Below are positions 21,660-32,100 of a DNA stretch of 43,506 nt, piece by piece (position 1 is the stretch's first letter; each line of letters begins with the position of its first letter). The notes under the pieces were generated by a model. It saw only the letters and a list, made by a program, of their open reading frames with translations. It was not told the origin of the DNA and searched no databases. The position numbers and the translations under genes are program-made. The stretch is from a virus, in the IMG/VR virus record IMGVR_UViG_3300045988_179274, positions 1 to 43,506 of that record; one strand, written 5' to 3'.

Positions 21660-22649
21660 ATGGCTGTTCTCACTTCCACGAAGTACGCGACGCTTGCTGA
21701 TTTGGCCTCTCGCCTTGACGGCGAGGGTCGAATCGCTCCGATCGCTGAAATCCTCAACAAGCAGTTGCCCATTCTGAACGACTTGGGCTTTGTTGAATGC
21801 AATAAAGCTGACGGTTACCTGCACACGATTCGCACGGGCCTGCCCACGCCGACGTGGCGCAAGCTCTACGGCGGCGTGCAGCCCTCCAAGTCCACGACCG
21901 CTCAGGTCACGGATACGTGCGGCAACCTGGAAGCCTACGCCGAGGTCGACAAGGACATTGCAGATCTGAACGGCAACACGGCTGCGTTTCGCCTCTCGGA
22001 AGACCGCCCCTTCATCGAAGCGATGGGGCAGGTGATGGCTGAGACCATGTTCTATGGTGACACCACCAAGAACCCCGAGCGCTTCATGGGTATCGCGGCC
22101 CGCTACAACCGCCTGCCCGGTGCGAAGGCTCCCGCCTCCTCGCGCAACGTGATCAGCTGCGGCGGCACGGGCGACCACCTCACGAGCATCTACTTCATCA
22201 GCCACGACGTCTTCCATGGCATCTACCCGAAGGGCTCGAAGATTGGCCTGAACAAGTCCGACAAGGGACAGGTGACGATCACCAAAGAAGACGGCTCGCT
22301 CTTTGAGGCTTACCGCACGCACTACAAGTGGCAGGCCGGCACGATCCTTGATGACTGGCGCGGTTGCGCCCGCGTGTGTAACGTGGCCCTGTCGGGCACG
22401 GCCACCACGGGCGACGCCCTGATCAATGCCATGATCAAAGCCAAAAACATGATCGAAGCCAAGTACCTCTCCAAGCTCAAGATCTACGTCGCTCGCGACG
22501 TTAAGACCGTGCTCGAGCTCGCGGCTCTGGATAAGTCCGCTTCGTGCCTGTCGATCACCCAGGCAGCGGGCCAGTTCCAGACAAGCTTCTTCGGCATTCC
22601 CATCGAAGTGTGTGACGCGATCAGCACTTCTGAAACTCAGGTTCAGTAA
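21660..22649 (+). CDS. Major capsid protein
   Basis: 329 aa. Strong SD (AAGGTGAAAAA). Its position and the N-terminus MAVLTSTKYATLADLASRLDGEGRIAPIAEILN... are typical of podoviral HK97-fold coat proteins. Confidence 0.8.
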   Translation: MAVLTSTKYATLADLASRLDGEGRIAPIAEILNKQLPILNDLGFVECNKADGYLHTIRTGLPTPTWRKLYGGVQPSKSTTAQVTDTCGNLEAYAEVDKDIADLNGNTAAFRLSEDRPFIEAMGQVMAETMFYGDTTKNPERFMGIAARYNRLPGAKAPASSRNVISCGGTGDHLTSIYFISHDVFHGIYPKGSKIGLNKSDKGQVTITKEDGSLFEAYRTHYKWQAGTILDDWRGCARVCNVALSGTATTGDALINAMIKAKNMIEAKYLSKLKIYVARDVKTVLELAALDKSASCLSITQAAGQFQTSFFGIPIEVCDAISTSETQVQ

Positions 22650-22663
22650 GGAGGAAAACGATC

Positions 22664-23041
22664 ATGCGCTTTGACGAAAACCTTTACACGAAGATGACCC
22701 TCACGGGCACGAGCGTGTCCTCCGATACGTTCGACCTCGGTGCCGCCGGCATTGCCGAGGGACCGGGCGTCTTTGTCGTGACCGTCACGACGAAGGCCAC
22801 GGCCGCCACGAAGGTTGAGCTGCAGGCCTGCGACGACAACGCCACGTTCGCCGCCGTGGGCACCGCTTCTATTGCCGCCAACTCCGACGTCGGCACCCAG
22901 GCCGTCATCGATGTGCCGCCGGGCGTGGGCCGCTACCTCAAGCTTGTGGCCACGGGCACGAGCATGGGCGGAGCCCTGGAAGCGGGCTTTACGCTCGCGG
23001 CCACGTCGGCCAAGGGCATCGAAGACTATGCCGCAAACTAA
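22664..23041 (+). CDS. Possible head decoration / cement protein
   Basis: 125 aa, beta-rich, with AGGAGGAAAA as SD. It lies directly after the capsid gene and before a terminator. Confidence 0.4.
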   Translation: MRFDENLYTKMTLTGTSVSSDTFDLGAAGIAEGPGVFVVTVTTKATAATKVELQACDDNATFAAVGTASIAANSDVGTQAVIDVPPGVGRYLKLVATGTSMGGALEAGFTLAATSAKGIEDYAAN

Positions 23042-23082
23042 GAGGGTGTGATCCTTCTATCTCGCAGGCCACGGCCTGTGTC

Positions 23083-23107
23083 GCGGGGGCCTGGTGCCCC
23101 CGTTTTC
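23083..23107 (+). terminator. Rho-independent terminator after the capsid genes
   Basis: GGGGGC-CTGGT-GCCCCC followed by GTTTT. Confidence 0.65.
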
Positions 23108-23121
23108 GTATGAGGTAAAAG

Positions 23122-23760
23122 ATGGCTACTGTCGTCGACATTTGCAACCGCGCTTTGGTTCTTCTTGGTGACCGCGGCACCGTCTCTTCAATCGATCCGC
23201 CCGAGGGTTCGGCGCAGGCCGACCATTGCGCTCGCTTCTACCCGATGGCCCTGAAGGAAGCCCTGACAGCCTTCCCGTTCTCTTTCTCCATTAAGCGAGG
23301 CACCCTGCCGCGCTCTGCCACGGAAGTCGTGGGGGAGACCGACAAGTACGCGTTTGTCTTGCCGTCCGACTGCCTGTACCTCGTTGAGGCCTACTCGCAG
23401 GACAACTGCAACCTTCCCGTCGAGTACAACATTGAGCAGATCGGCGGCGTGCGATGCGTGATCAGCAACCAGCCTTCGATGTGGGCCAAGTACGTCTCGG
23501 GCGAAGTCAACGCTTCGACCTTTACGGCCTACTTCGAGTCGGCCCTCACGCACCGTCTGGCGGCGTTTCTGGCGGGGGCGTTGATGCCCGGCTCAAGCGG
23601 AATCAGCCAGGCGCAAGATCAGCTCAAGCTCTACGAGTACGAGATCCAAAAAGCGATCGGCGCGGACGTGATCCAACAGCGCGTTCAGCACGAGCAGGTC
23701 ACGATGCTGATGGGTGACTACACGGGCGATTTGACGGGAGGCGCCTATGTCTACGACTAA
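23122..23760 (+). CDS. Head-tail adaptor / tail tubular protein A-like (T7 gp11 position)
   Basis: 212 aa. N-terminal VVDICNRALVLLGDRGTVSSIDPPEGS resembles gp11-type proteins. Synteny supports the call. Confidence 0.55.
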   Translation: MATVVDICNRALVLLGDRGTVSSIDPPEGSAQADHCARFYPMALKEALTAFPFSFSIKRGTLPRSATEVVGETDKYAFVLPSDCLYLVEAYSQDNCNLPVEYNIEQIGGVRCVISNQPSMWAKYVSGEVNASTFTAYFESALTHRLAAFLAGALMPGSSGISQAQDQLKLYEYEIQKAIGADVIQQRVQHEQVTMLMGDYTGDLTGGAYVYD

Positions 23761-26509
23761 AGCCATCCAAGTCTCCTTTGCCGGCGGAGAGTTGTCCGAG
23801 TCCATGTACGGCCGCATGGATGACCAAAAGTACCAGACGGGCCTTGCCAAGTGCTCGAACTTTTTGGTCTTGCCGCAGGGCGTGGTCCAAAATCGGCCTG
23901 GCTTTTCCTACGTCAATGCCGCCAAGTACTCGGACAAGCCTGTGCGCTTGATCCCGTTTCGCTTCAACTCGGAGCAGACCTGTGTGATTGAGCTCGGCGA
24001 CAAGTACGCCCGCTTTCACACAATGGGCGCGACGCTCTTAGCAGAGGGCGGGGAGCCTTATGAGATTGCCACGCCCTGGGACGCCAAAGACGTATTTGAT
24101 CTGCACTATGTGCAAAGCAACGACGTGCTCACGTTTGTGCATCCGCACTACCCGCCCCAAGAGATTCGCCGTTATTCTTTGACGGACTGGCGCGTTGAGG
24201 CTCCCGATTTTGGCTTGAAGCTTGACGCGCCCAAGGGGGTGAGCGCCAGGCGCAAGACGAGCGCCGACAACGATAGCAACGCGGAAAAGTACGCGTTCGA
24301 CTACAAGGTCAGCGCTCTGAATTCCGACAAGACGCAGGAGGGCCCTGCCTCCGAAAAGGTCACGGTGACCGCGAACCTCTACGCCACGGGCACCACGGTT
24401 GAGATCAGTTGGGAGGCCGTCGCGGGCGCGTCGTTCTACCGCGTGTACAAAAATAAGGGCGGGTTGTATGGCTACATCGGCGACACCGAGGACCTGTCCA
24501 TCATCGACGACGGCATCGCGCCCGAGACGGACGTCACGCCCAGACGGCTTGACGAAGTCTTCAAAGCCGCAAACGCCATCACTTCTGTGACCGTCACCAA
24601 CGGCGGATCTGGCTACATTCAGAATCTGCACGGCGCAAAGCTGCCCGAGGCCTTTGCCTTGGACAAGCCCGACGAATGCTCGAGATACTACGACACGAGC
24701 GGCAACCCGCGCACGCTCCCCTTCAGCGGGAACATCTCCAACCCCGGCAGGCCGCAAACCTCATACAGCGGAGGCTCCTCGGGGCAGGCAATGATCGACA
24801 AGACTCTGATTGAGATCGTCGACCTTGCCGGCACGGGTTCGGGCGCTCAGGTGTCGGCAACCTTCGTGACGGGGACGGGAACCTACGAAGTGCCGGACTC
24901 AGTGGAAGGCTACGACACGTTCACGTACACCTATGCCACCGTTACGTCCGTGACGATCACCGAGGCCGGCAACAGCTACAAGAAGCCCGCTCTGCGCATC
25001 TACACGGAGTACTTCAGATATGGCGCTCTGGGCTATAGGAACTACATGACCTACCGCTACACGTGGGAGCTCGAGCGCCTGGACACGGGCATCACCCTGA
25101 ACGTCATCGACAGCACGGGGCGTGGCGCAGAGCTTGAGGCGCAGGTTGTAGACGGGGCCATCGCGAGCGTCAAGGTTCTCAAAGGCGGCGAAGGCTACAC
25201 CGATCCTCAGATTCGGGTGATTTCCACAACCGGTACGGGCGCAGTCCTCGATCCCGTTGTGTCGGGGGGTGGCAGCTACCCCGCCGCCGTGGGTTACTTC
25301 GAACAGCGCAAATGTTTCGCGGGCATGGCCATGGACCCGCAGGCTTTTGTGATGACACGCACGGGGACCGAGACCGACATGTCATACTGCCTGCCTTACA
25401 AAGACGATGATCAGGTTTACGCGCGTTTGGCTTCCAATGAGTTCGACTCCATCGAGCACATCGTCAGCCTCGGGCAGATGATCCTGCTGACCTCTGGCTC
25501 GGTGGCCGTGATCAGCACGAAGAACTCGGACGCCATCACGCCCGATTCCGTGAACGCCGTGGTGCAGTCTTCCGTAGGAGCCACGACGGTGCGGCCCTTG
25601 GTGGTCAACAACGTGGTCTTGTATGTCGGTGCGGCGGGCGCTCACGTGTGGGAGCTCGGGTATCAGTACGAAAAGGGCGGATACGTGCCAGGCGACATGT
25701 CCCTGAGAGCGGCGCATCTTTTTGACTTCAAGACGATCGTCGACTCGGCGCAGTCGCGAAGCCCCACGCCCATCATGTGGTTTGTCTCCTCCGACGGCAA
25801 ACTGCTGGGCATGACGTACATTCCCGAGCAGGCCATCGGCGCGTGGCATCAGCACGCGACGGACGGGTCTTTCGAGTCCTGCACCTCGGTGATCGAAGAC
25901 GGCGAGGACCGCCTCTACTGTGTGGTGCGCCGTGAGATTCAAGGGCAGATCGTGCGCTATATCGAACGCATGAACTCGCGGCAGATCGTCAAGCTCGAGG
26001 ATGCGGTCTTCGTCGATTGCGCGGGGCAGTACAAGGGGCCCGCCACAACCGAGATCAGCGGCCTGACGTGGCTCGAGGGCAAGACCGTTTCGATCCTTGC
26101 CGACGGCGCGGTGCGCCCGCAGCAGACGGTGGTCGACGGCAAGATCACCCTGGACGCGCCGGCAAGCGTGGTGCAGGTAGGTCTGCCGTACACGTCTGAC
26201 CTTCAGACCCTGCCCGTGACGCTCTCCATCCCCGGGTACGGGACGGGCAACACGAAGAACGTGAGCCGAGCGTTCATCCGCGTGCGGCAGTCAAGCGGCA
26301 TCTTTGCCGGCCCGTCGTTCGACGAAGCCGACATGATCGAGCACAAGCAACGCACCACGGAACAGCCGGGCACGCCTCCGAGTCTTGTAAGCGGTGTCAT
26401 CGACCTACAGCTCTATGGTAAGTGGACGGACTCGGGCGCGATCTGCCTGCGACAGAGCAACCCCTTGCCGCTCGAGGTGTTGAGTGTGACGTTAAAGGTC
26501 GACTACTAA
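23747..26509 (+). CDS. Tail tubular protein B / nozzle-like (T7 gp12 position)
   Basis: 920 aa. The call rests on synteny and the N-terminus ...FAGGELSESMYGRMDDQKYQTGLAKCSNFLVLPQGVVQNRPGF. Confidence 0.6.
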   Translation: MSTTKAIQVSFAGGELSESMYGRMDDQKYQTGLAKCSNFLVLPQGVVQNRPGFSYVNAAKYSDKPVRLIPFRFNSEQTCVIELGDKYARFHTMGATLLAEGGEPYEIATPWDAKDVFDLHYVQSNDVLTFVHPHYPPQEIRRYSLTDWRVEAPDFGLKLDAPKGVSARRKTSADNDSNAEKYAFDYKVSALNSDKTQEGPASEKVTVTANLYATGTTVEISWEAVAGASFYRVYKNKGGLYGYIGDTEDLSIIDDGIAPETDVTPRRLDEVFKAANAITSVTVTNGGSGYIQNLHGAKLPEAFALDKPDECSRYYDTSGNPRTLPFSGNISNPGRPQTSYSGGSSGQAMIDKTLIEIVDLAGTGSGAQVSATFVTGTGTYEVPDSVEGYDTFTYTYATVTSVTITEAGNSYKKPALRIYTEYFRYGALGYRNYMTYRYTWELERLDTGITLNVIDSTGRGAELEAQVVDGAIASVKVLKGGEGYTDPQIRVISTTGTGAVLDPVVSGGGSYPAAVGYFEQRKCFAGMAMDPQAFVMTRTGTETDMSYCLPYKDDDQVYARLASNEFDSIEHIVSLGQMILLTSGSVAVISTKNSDAITPDSVNAVVQSSVGATTVRPLVVNNVVLYVGAAGAHVWELGYQYEKGGYVPGDMSLRAAHLFDFKTIVDSAQSRSPTPIMWFVSSDGKLLGMTYIPEQAIGAWHQHATDGSFESCTSVIEDGEDRLYCVVRREIQGQIVRYIERMNSRQIVKLEDAVFVDCAGQYKGPATTEISGLTWLEGKTVSILADGAVRPQQTVVDGKITLDAPASVVQVGLPYTSDLQTLPVTLSIPGYGTGNTKNVSRAFIRVRQSSGIFAGPSFDEADMIEHKQRTTEQPGTPPSLVSGVIDLQLYGKWTDSGAICLRQSNPLPLEVLSVTLKVDY

Positions 26510-26520
26510 CCGTCCATAGA
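26510..26520 (+). promoter_or_regulatory. Stop-associated motif variant CCGTCCATAGA (copy 3, directly after the nozzle gene stop)
   Basis: See 18222..18234. Confidence 0.5.
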
Positions 26521-26568
26521 AGAGCGATCAGAAGGGGTACCTTCTTGGCAAACTCAAGAGGTACCCCT

Positions 26569-27291
26569 ATGCCTTCCAATTTCACAGGCCTGACGCAATC
26601 GGGCTACTCTCAAATGACGCCCTACGGGGCTTTCCAAAACGTCGGCGATAGCATTGAGAAGATGCCAACGGGCGGCTCCGATTTTGTGCAGGGCATGAAG
26701 TGGGGATATGCGGGCTCGCAAGCCTCCGTCGGCGTCTTCACGGCCTGGCACGAGGCCCGCTATCAAAGAAGCATCCTATACATGCAGGCCCAGCTTCAGG
26801 ACATGCAGACCAAGCAGCTCGACACCGCCGCCGATGATGCGATGCGTGCGGGCTACCAGCAGGCCGCTTCAATCTCTTTCCAGGCCGGCCAGGCCAAGGG
26901 CTCCCAACGCGCCAGCATGGGCGGCTCGGGTCTTCAGGTAGGCGTGGGCTCGAGCGCCCGAGTTCTGACGAGCATCGATATCGCCAAAGAGATGAATGTG
27001 AACCAGGCCTTGGCCAACGCCGTCACGGCCTCTTTTGGTTACCGCCGGGCGGCAACGAATTCGCGTGCCGAAGCCATGGCCATCCGTCAGACGGCCTCCA
27101 ACATCAAGCCGTGGGCCGCGGCCCTCTCGCAACTGGTGAGCGCATCGATGAATGCGATGAGCATGAGCGGCTTTGGTGGCGGCTCGAGCGCAGGCTCTTC
27201 GATGGGCGGCAGTATCGACTTGAGCAATCTGAGCTCTGCGGCAAGCGACAACGGGCAGGCGTTCAGCATTGCCGGAAACTTCTCGTGGTGA
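26569..27291 (+). CDS. Internal virion (core/ejection) protein, gp14 position
   Basis: ORF 26422..27291 trimmed to ATG 26569. 240 aa, Gly/Ser/Ala/Gln-rich. Synteny supports the call. Confidence 0.55.
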   Translation: MPSNFTGLTQSGYSQMTPYGAFQNVGDSIEKMPTGGSDFVQGMKWGYAGSQASVGVFTAWHEARYQRSILYMQAQLQDMQTKQLDTAADDAMRAGYQQAASISFQAGQAKGSQRASMGGSGLQVGVGSSARVLTSIDIAKEMNVNQALANAVTASFGYRRAATNSRAEAMAIRQTASNIKPWAAALSQLVSASMNAMSMSGFGGGSSAGSSMGGSIDLSNLSSAASDNGQAFSIAGNFSW

Positions 27292-27296
27292 CGTAA

Positions 27297-29153
27297 ATGG
27301 CAAACATGCAGGTACCTAATCCTTACTCCCAGGGAGTGCAGGTAACCCGTCCGACGGAGATGGGTCTTGTCTCCGCGCCCCTACAGAACAACCCCGCGAA
27401 TGAGCGTGCGGCCGACTATGCCGCGCATCAGAAAGAGTTCGCGCAGGCCATGCAAAAGTACCAGGACGAGGTCGATCGTACGCGCGTGATGGACCTCACG
27501 AACCAACTCGACGACGTGGTTCAGGATCTTACCTATGGCGAGAAGGGCTACCAAAAGCTCGAAGGCGTCAATGCGCTTGAGCGCCCCGACGGCAAGAGTC
27601 TTGCCGAGGAAATGGACGATGGCTATCAGACCCGCGCCGCCGCCATCATCGCCAAGGCCGGTAATCAGAAACAGCGCATGATGATCACTGAGATTTCATC
27701 CCGCATGCGCCAGGGTCTGCGCGGCAACGTTGACGGATGGATGGTCCGCCAACAGCAGGCCTACACGGCCGCAGTTGAGGCAGACAAGCTCGAGCGTGCG
27801 GGGCGCAAGGCTCTCTCGACAGACCCCGCCGAGTCCGAATCGGGCTTTTATCTTCTGCGCGAAACCGTCAGCCAACAGGCCAAACGCAAGGGGGTGCCCG
27901 CGGACTATGCGAGCGTACTCGGTCCTCTGCACCTCGAGCGTGCCGCCGACATCGTCGACGCTCAGGGATCGGACGCGGGCAAGTCCTACCTCAAGCGCTA
28001 CCGTCAGGAGATGACGCCGGCGCAGATCAGCAAGCTTAACGACATCATCGACAGCCGCCGTGAGGCCGAAACGATCACGAACCTGACGGGAAACATCCTC
28101 TCCAAGGGCTACAGCAAGCAAGACGCTCTGGCGCAGGTTGACTCGCGTGCCGCTCCCGAGATTCGCAGCAAGGTGCGCAAGCTTGTCGAGGATGCCTACG
28201 ATACGGTCGAGGTTGCCCGCAAAGAGCGCGTCGACGCGCTGACGAACGAAATCTACAAGGCCTACGCCAACCGCCAGGCAATTCCAACCCTCGTCAAGCA
28301 AGAGCTCAAGGAGCTCGACCCGAAAAAGTACACCTCGCTCTTCGACGGTGACGGCGTCTTTTTGGAGTACGGCAAAGCGCCGGCGAACTCGGATTCGCAG
28401 ACTCTTGCTTACCTCGAGGGGCTGGAGTGGGTCGACCCCGACGAATTCTCCCTGACCTCGCTCGAGCAGTACGCGCACAAACTGAGCAAGGCCGACTACA
28501 CGCGCTTGCAGACCGTGCAGGAAAAGTACGGCAACAGCAACTACAAGCAGTTCCAAAAGGAGCTCAAGCTGCGCATGCAGATGGCCAACATCGACCCGTC
28601 GACGCCCAAGGGCAAGAAAATCCTCAAGGCCGGCGAGATCGCCTACGATCAGGCGGCCGTCAACTACAAGGGCGGTATCCCCAAGGAACAGCGACAGGAC
28701 ATTATCGCCACGATCTTTACCGAGACGCCCGGGTTCTTCAGCGACAAGCCCATGTACTCGCGCATCCTTGAAAAGCCCGATCAGAGTGTCTCGCAGACGC
28801 TCATGGAATACAGGGCCGTCAACGAGCAGGGCGCAAAGGACTACTACGCCAAGCGCGTCGAAGGCTTCAAGGACATTACGGGCCTGGACAGCATGCCGAC
28901 GTGGGAGAACCTCAACGACACGCAAAAGCGGGCCTTCATCTCCCTAGCCACAGGCTTTGGCTGGCCGTCTGATCTTTTCGAAGAGGCACGCAAGAAGGTG
29001 TCCGACTACATGCAAGAGGACGCCCGCAAGGGCATCTACCACAAGGTCGACAACCAGACCGTTGAGGCCATGCTTGTCTACAGCCTCTTCAAATCCAAGA
29101 AGGCCCCGCCCTCGGCCGTGGTCAAAGGAAAACAGAGCACCGAACAGGACTAA
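27297..29153 (+). CDS. Internal virion (core/ejection) protein, gp15 position
   Basis: 618-aa helical protein. The call rests on synteny. Confidence 0.55.
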   Translation: MANMQVPNPYSQGVQVTRPTEMGLVSAPLQNNPANERAADYAAHQKEFAQAMQKYQDEVDRTRVMDLTNQLDDVVQDLTYGEKGYQKLEGVNALERPDGKSLAEEMDDGYQTRAAAIIAKAGNQKQRMMITEISSRMRQGLRGNVDGWMVRQQQAYTAAVEADKLERAGRKALSTDPAESESGFYLLRETVSQQAKRKGVPADYASVLGPLHLERAADIVDAQGSDAGKSYLKRYRQEMTPAQISKLNDIIDSRREAETITNLTGNILSKGYSKQDALAQVDSRAAPEIRSKVRKLVEDAYDTVEVARKERVDALTNEIYKAYANRQAIPTLVKQELKELDPKKYTSLFDGDGVFLEYGKAPANSDSQTLAYLEGLEWVDPDEFSLTSLEQYAHKLSKADYTRLQTVQEKYGNSNYKQFQKELKLRMQMANIDPSTPKGKKILKAGEIAYDQAAVNYKGGIPKEQRQDIIATIFTETPGFFSDKPMYSRILEKPDQSVSQTLMEYRAVNEQGAKDYYAKRVEGFKDITGLDSMPTWENLNDTQKRAFISLATGFGWPSDLFEEARKKVSDYMQEDARKGIYHKVDNQTVEAMLVYSLFKSKKAPPSAVVKGKQSTEQD

Positions 29154-32100
29154 GTGATGCAAGAGACGAATGAAGCTGTGGCGACAGACGGCGTCGATCA
29201 GATGCTGGTCCCCGAACAAAAAGCCCCTGAGCGCGAGTTTGACCCGTTCAAGTATCAGGAGCAAAAGCTGATCAGCCCTGCGGCAGACGCCATGGGCGGA
29301 AATGAAGCCAAGGCCGTACGCTCCCGACAGATTGCCAAGGATCTGGGCGTGTCCCGCACGGCCGTTGACCTGAACTACGACAACATGCAGACCTTGGCCG
29401 AGAAGGCCGACCGACAGCGTGCTCTGTCGCGTGCGCCGTCCGTGGCTCGGTGGGCGGTCAAAAACCCGTACGACGCCGCCGTTCTCAAAACCGACATCGG
29501 TTTCTTTGAGGGCATTGAAAACGAGATCGGCGAGATCGGCTCGTCGATCTCCCGCGGCTTTCAGGTTGGCGATATGGTGGCCGAGCAGGGCGCGGATTGG
29601 GCGCGTCTTGGCAACGCAAAGCCGAGTGAAGGTTTTCTCAAGGCCGACAAAGCGCGCGATCAGCGCATGCAGGATCTGACGGCCGGCGATGACGGCTTTT
29701 TCTTTTCGGCCTCGCAGGTCGTCGGCACGATGTACCGAGGGATGATTGAAGGCCTTGAGGGCGGCGCGGCAACGGCGGCCTTGGGCGGCGCGGCAATGGC
29801 TGCGGGCGCCATCCCCGTGGCGGGGCAGGCGCTTCTTGGCGCGACCGCCATCGGGTCTGCCGCTTACGGCACGTATCTGATCGAGGGCGGGCTCAACCTG
29901 AAGGAGCAGTACGACGAGGGGGTTGACTACGACAAGGCACGCACCATCGCCACGGGCGTTGGCTTTGCCAACGCCCTGACGGAAATGGTTGGCCTTCACC
30001 TGCTTGGCAAGGCGGCGGCACCAGCCCTGCGGCCTTTGGTCAAACGATTTTCTCCCAAGACTGTCGAGTCCCTCGAGAACATCACTACCATCGGCGCTCT
30101 GCGCGACGCGGCCAAGATGCTTGCCGTCGGCACCGGGCAGGAAGTGGTGACGGAAGTCATTCAGGAAGTTAACGCGATTGCAGGCGAAGAGCTTGGCAAA
30201 GCGTGGTCCGGAATCGGCAGCGACCTGACGGCGGAGGCTTTCGTCGACCGATTGCGCGATGTGGCCGTGCAGACGGCCAAGGCCATGGTGGTACTCGGCG
30301 GCATCTCGGCGGGCCCGGCAATCGTGGCAAACATGAACCGCGTCCGTGTGGCCAAGCAAAACGCCGAAGCGTTGGGACGCATCCTTGACAACTACAGCTC
30401 CTCCCAGGCGGCCAAGACCTCGCCCGAGGTGGCCGAGGAAGTGCTCGACTCGCAGGCCAAGGAGGCAGGTGCAGACACGGTGTGGATCGACGCGCAGAGC
30501 CTGCGACAGACCATGATCGAGCTCAATGTCTCGGTTGAAGAGCTGCAGACCGCGTTCCCCGAGATGGCCCGCCAGGTCAACGAGCAGGCCGCCGTGGGCG
30601 GTGACGTGAGCGTGCCCCTGGCCAAGTTCGCCTCCAAGCTCGGGAGCACGAACCTCGGCCTGGCCCTGCGACAGCACGTGCGATTCAATCAGGACGGGCT
30701 CTCAGAGTACGAGGCCGCGCAGGTTGAAACGGCATACAAGCAACTGAGAGCCGACGCCATCAAGGCTGCGCTTGACCCGAACGCCAAAGAGGCGGCGTTG
30801 CCGACAGAACAGCAGGCACGCCGCAAGGCGGACCGCAACGCCATCAATGCGTTTAAGGAGAAACTCAAACTCGACCTACAGGAGCATGGCTTCACGCCCT
30901 CTCAGTCCAAGGTGCAGGCTTCTTTTGCCGCAAAGGTTATTTCAGGTCTGATCGATCGAACGGGCATGACGGCCGAGCATGTGTTGGGCCTCGCTCCTCG
31001 TTTGATCGTTTCAGATCTCCAAGAATCGGGGCCGAAGCTGTTACAGGCTGTTGCCGAGCAAGGACCGCAAGTGCGACTCGATATGCTCAAGCGATCGCGA
31101 AAGCTTGATGAGCAAATCAAGAAGTGGAGGCAAGGAGATTCGACGGAGATTTTTAACCTCGGGGCTCCGTCTTGGGTGCTTCAGCTGTTTGGTACCAGCA
31201 AGCAAGAGAACGTCAAGATGTTTGGCCTGAACATGCTTCATGCAATCCTCAAGCCCGGTGAGCATCTCCATCGACAGAAAGGGAAACACGGCTTGACGGA
31301 CGATGAGATCCGCGGCATTTTGGCGGGTATTCAGAGGCCTATTGCCGTGTTTCGCTCAACGAATAAAGGGGCGAAGCCGGGAGAAGATAGCCTTGTGCTT
31401 TTAACCGAGCTCAAGCAGAACGGGAAAAACATTGTTGCCCCGATTTGGCTGACGACGCAGGTCAATGGTTCTATAGTCGTGGACAACCGGATTCCGACGG
31501 CGTACGCCAAAGCGAACATTGGGCAGTGGGTCGAAGACGGGCTTCTGTTGGGCTATGAAAAAGAAAAGGGGCTCAACCTCCTGTTGGAGAGCATGGGCTC
31601 CAATCGCCGGCAGCTCGGCACATCCAACAGGGGTAAACCCCTTATCCCGGGGGCAATTATATATGAAAATGACACCTCTGTTGGCGACCTATATCAAGTC
31701 GACAACGATGTTCGCGGCTCGTACTCGCCCGAGTCGCGCGCCATCACCCTGACCCCCGATGCGGACCTCTCGACTTTCTCGCACGAGATGGGGCACTGGT
31801 ACATGGCCACGCTCATCGATCTGGTGCGTACCGGACAGGCCAACGATTCGATCCGCGAGGACGTGGCGGCGCTCTTCAAGCAGTTCGGCGTCGCCGACGT
31901 CGCATCTTGGGACGCCCTTGGGTTCGAAGGTCAGCGCAAGTATCACGAGCAGTTTGCCTCGTGGGTTGAGCAGTACTTGGCCGAAGCGAAAGCACCCAAG
32001 GTCTTGAAGCGCTTCTTTATCAACCTGGGCAAGTTCATCCGCGACGTCTACCGCAATTTCACGGGCGGCGTCGTCGAGGCCACGCAGGAGCGCTACCGCG

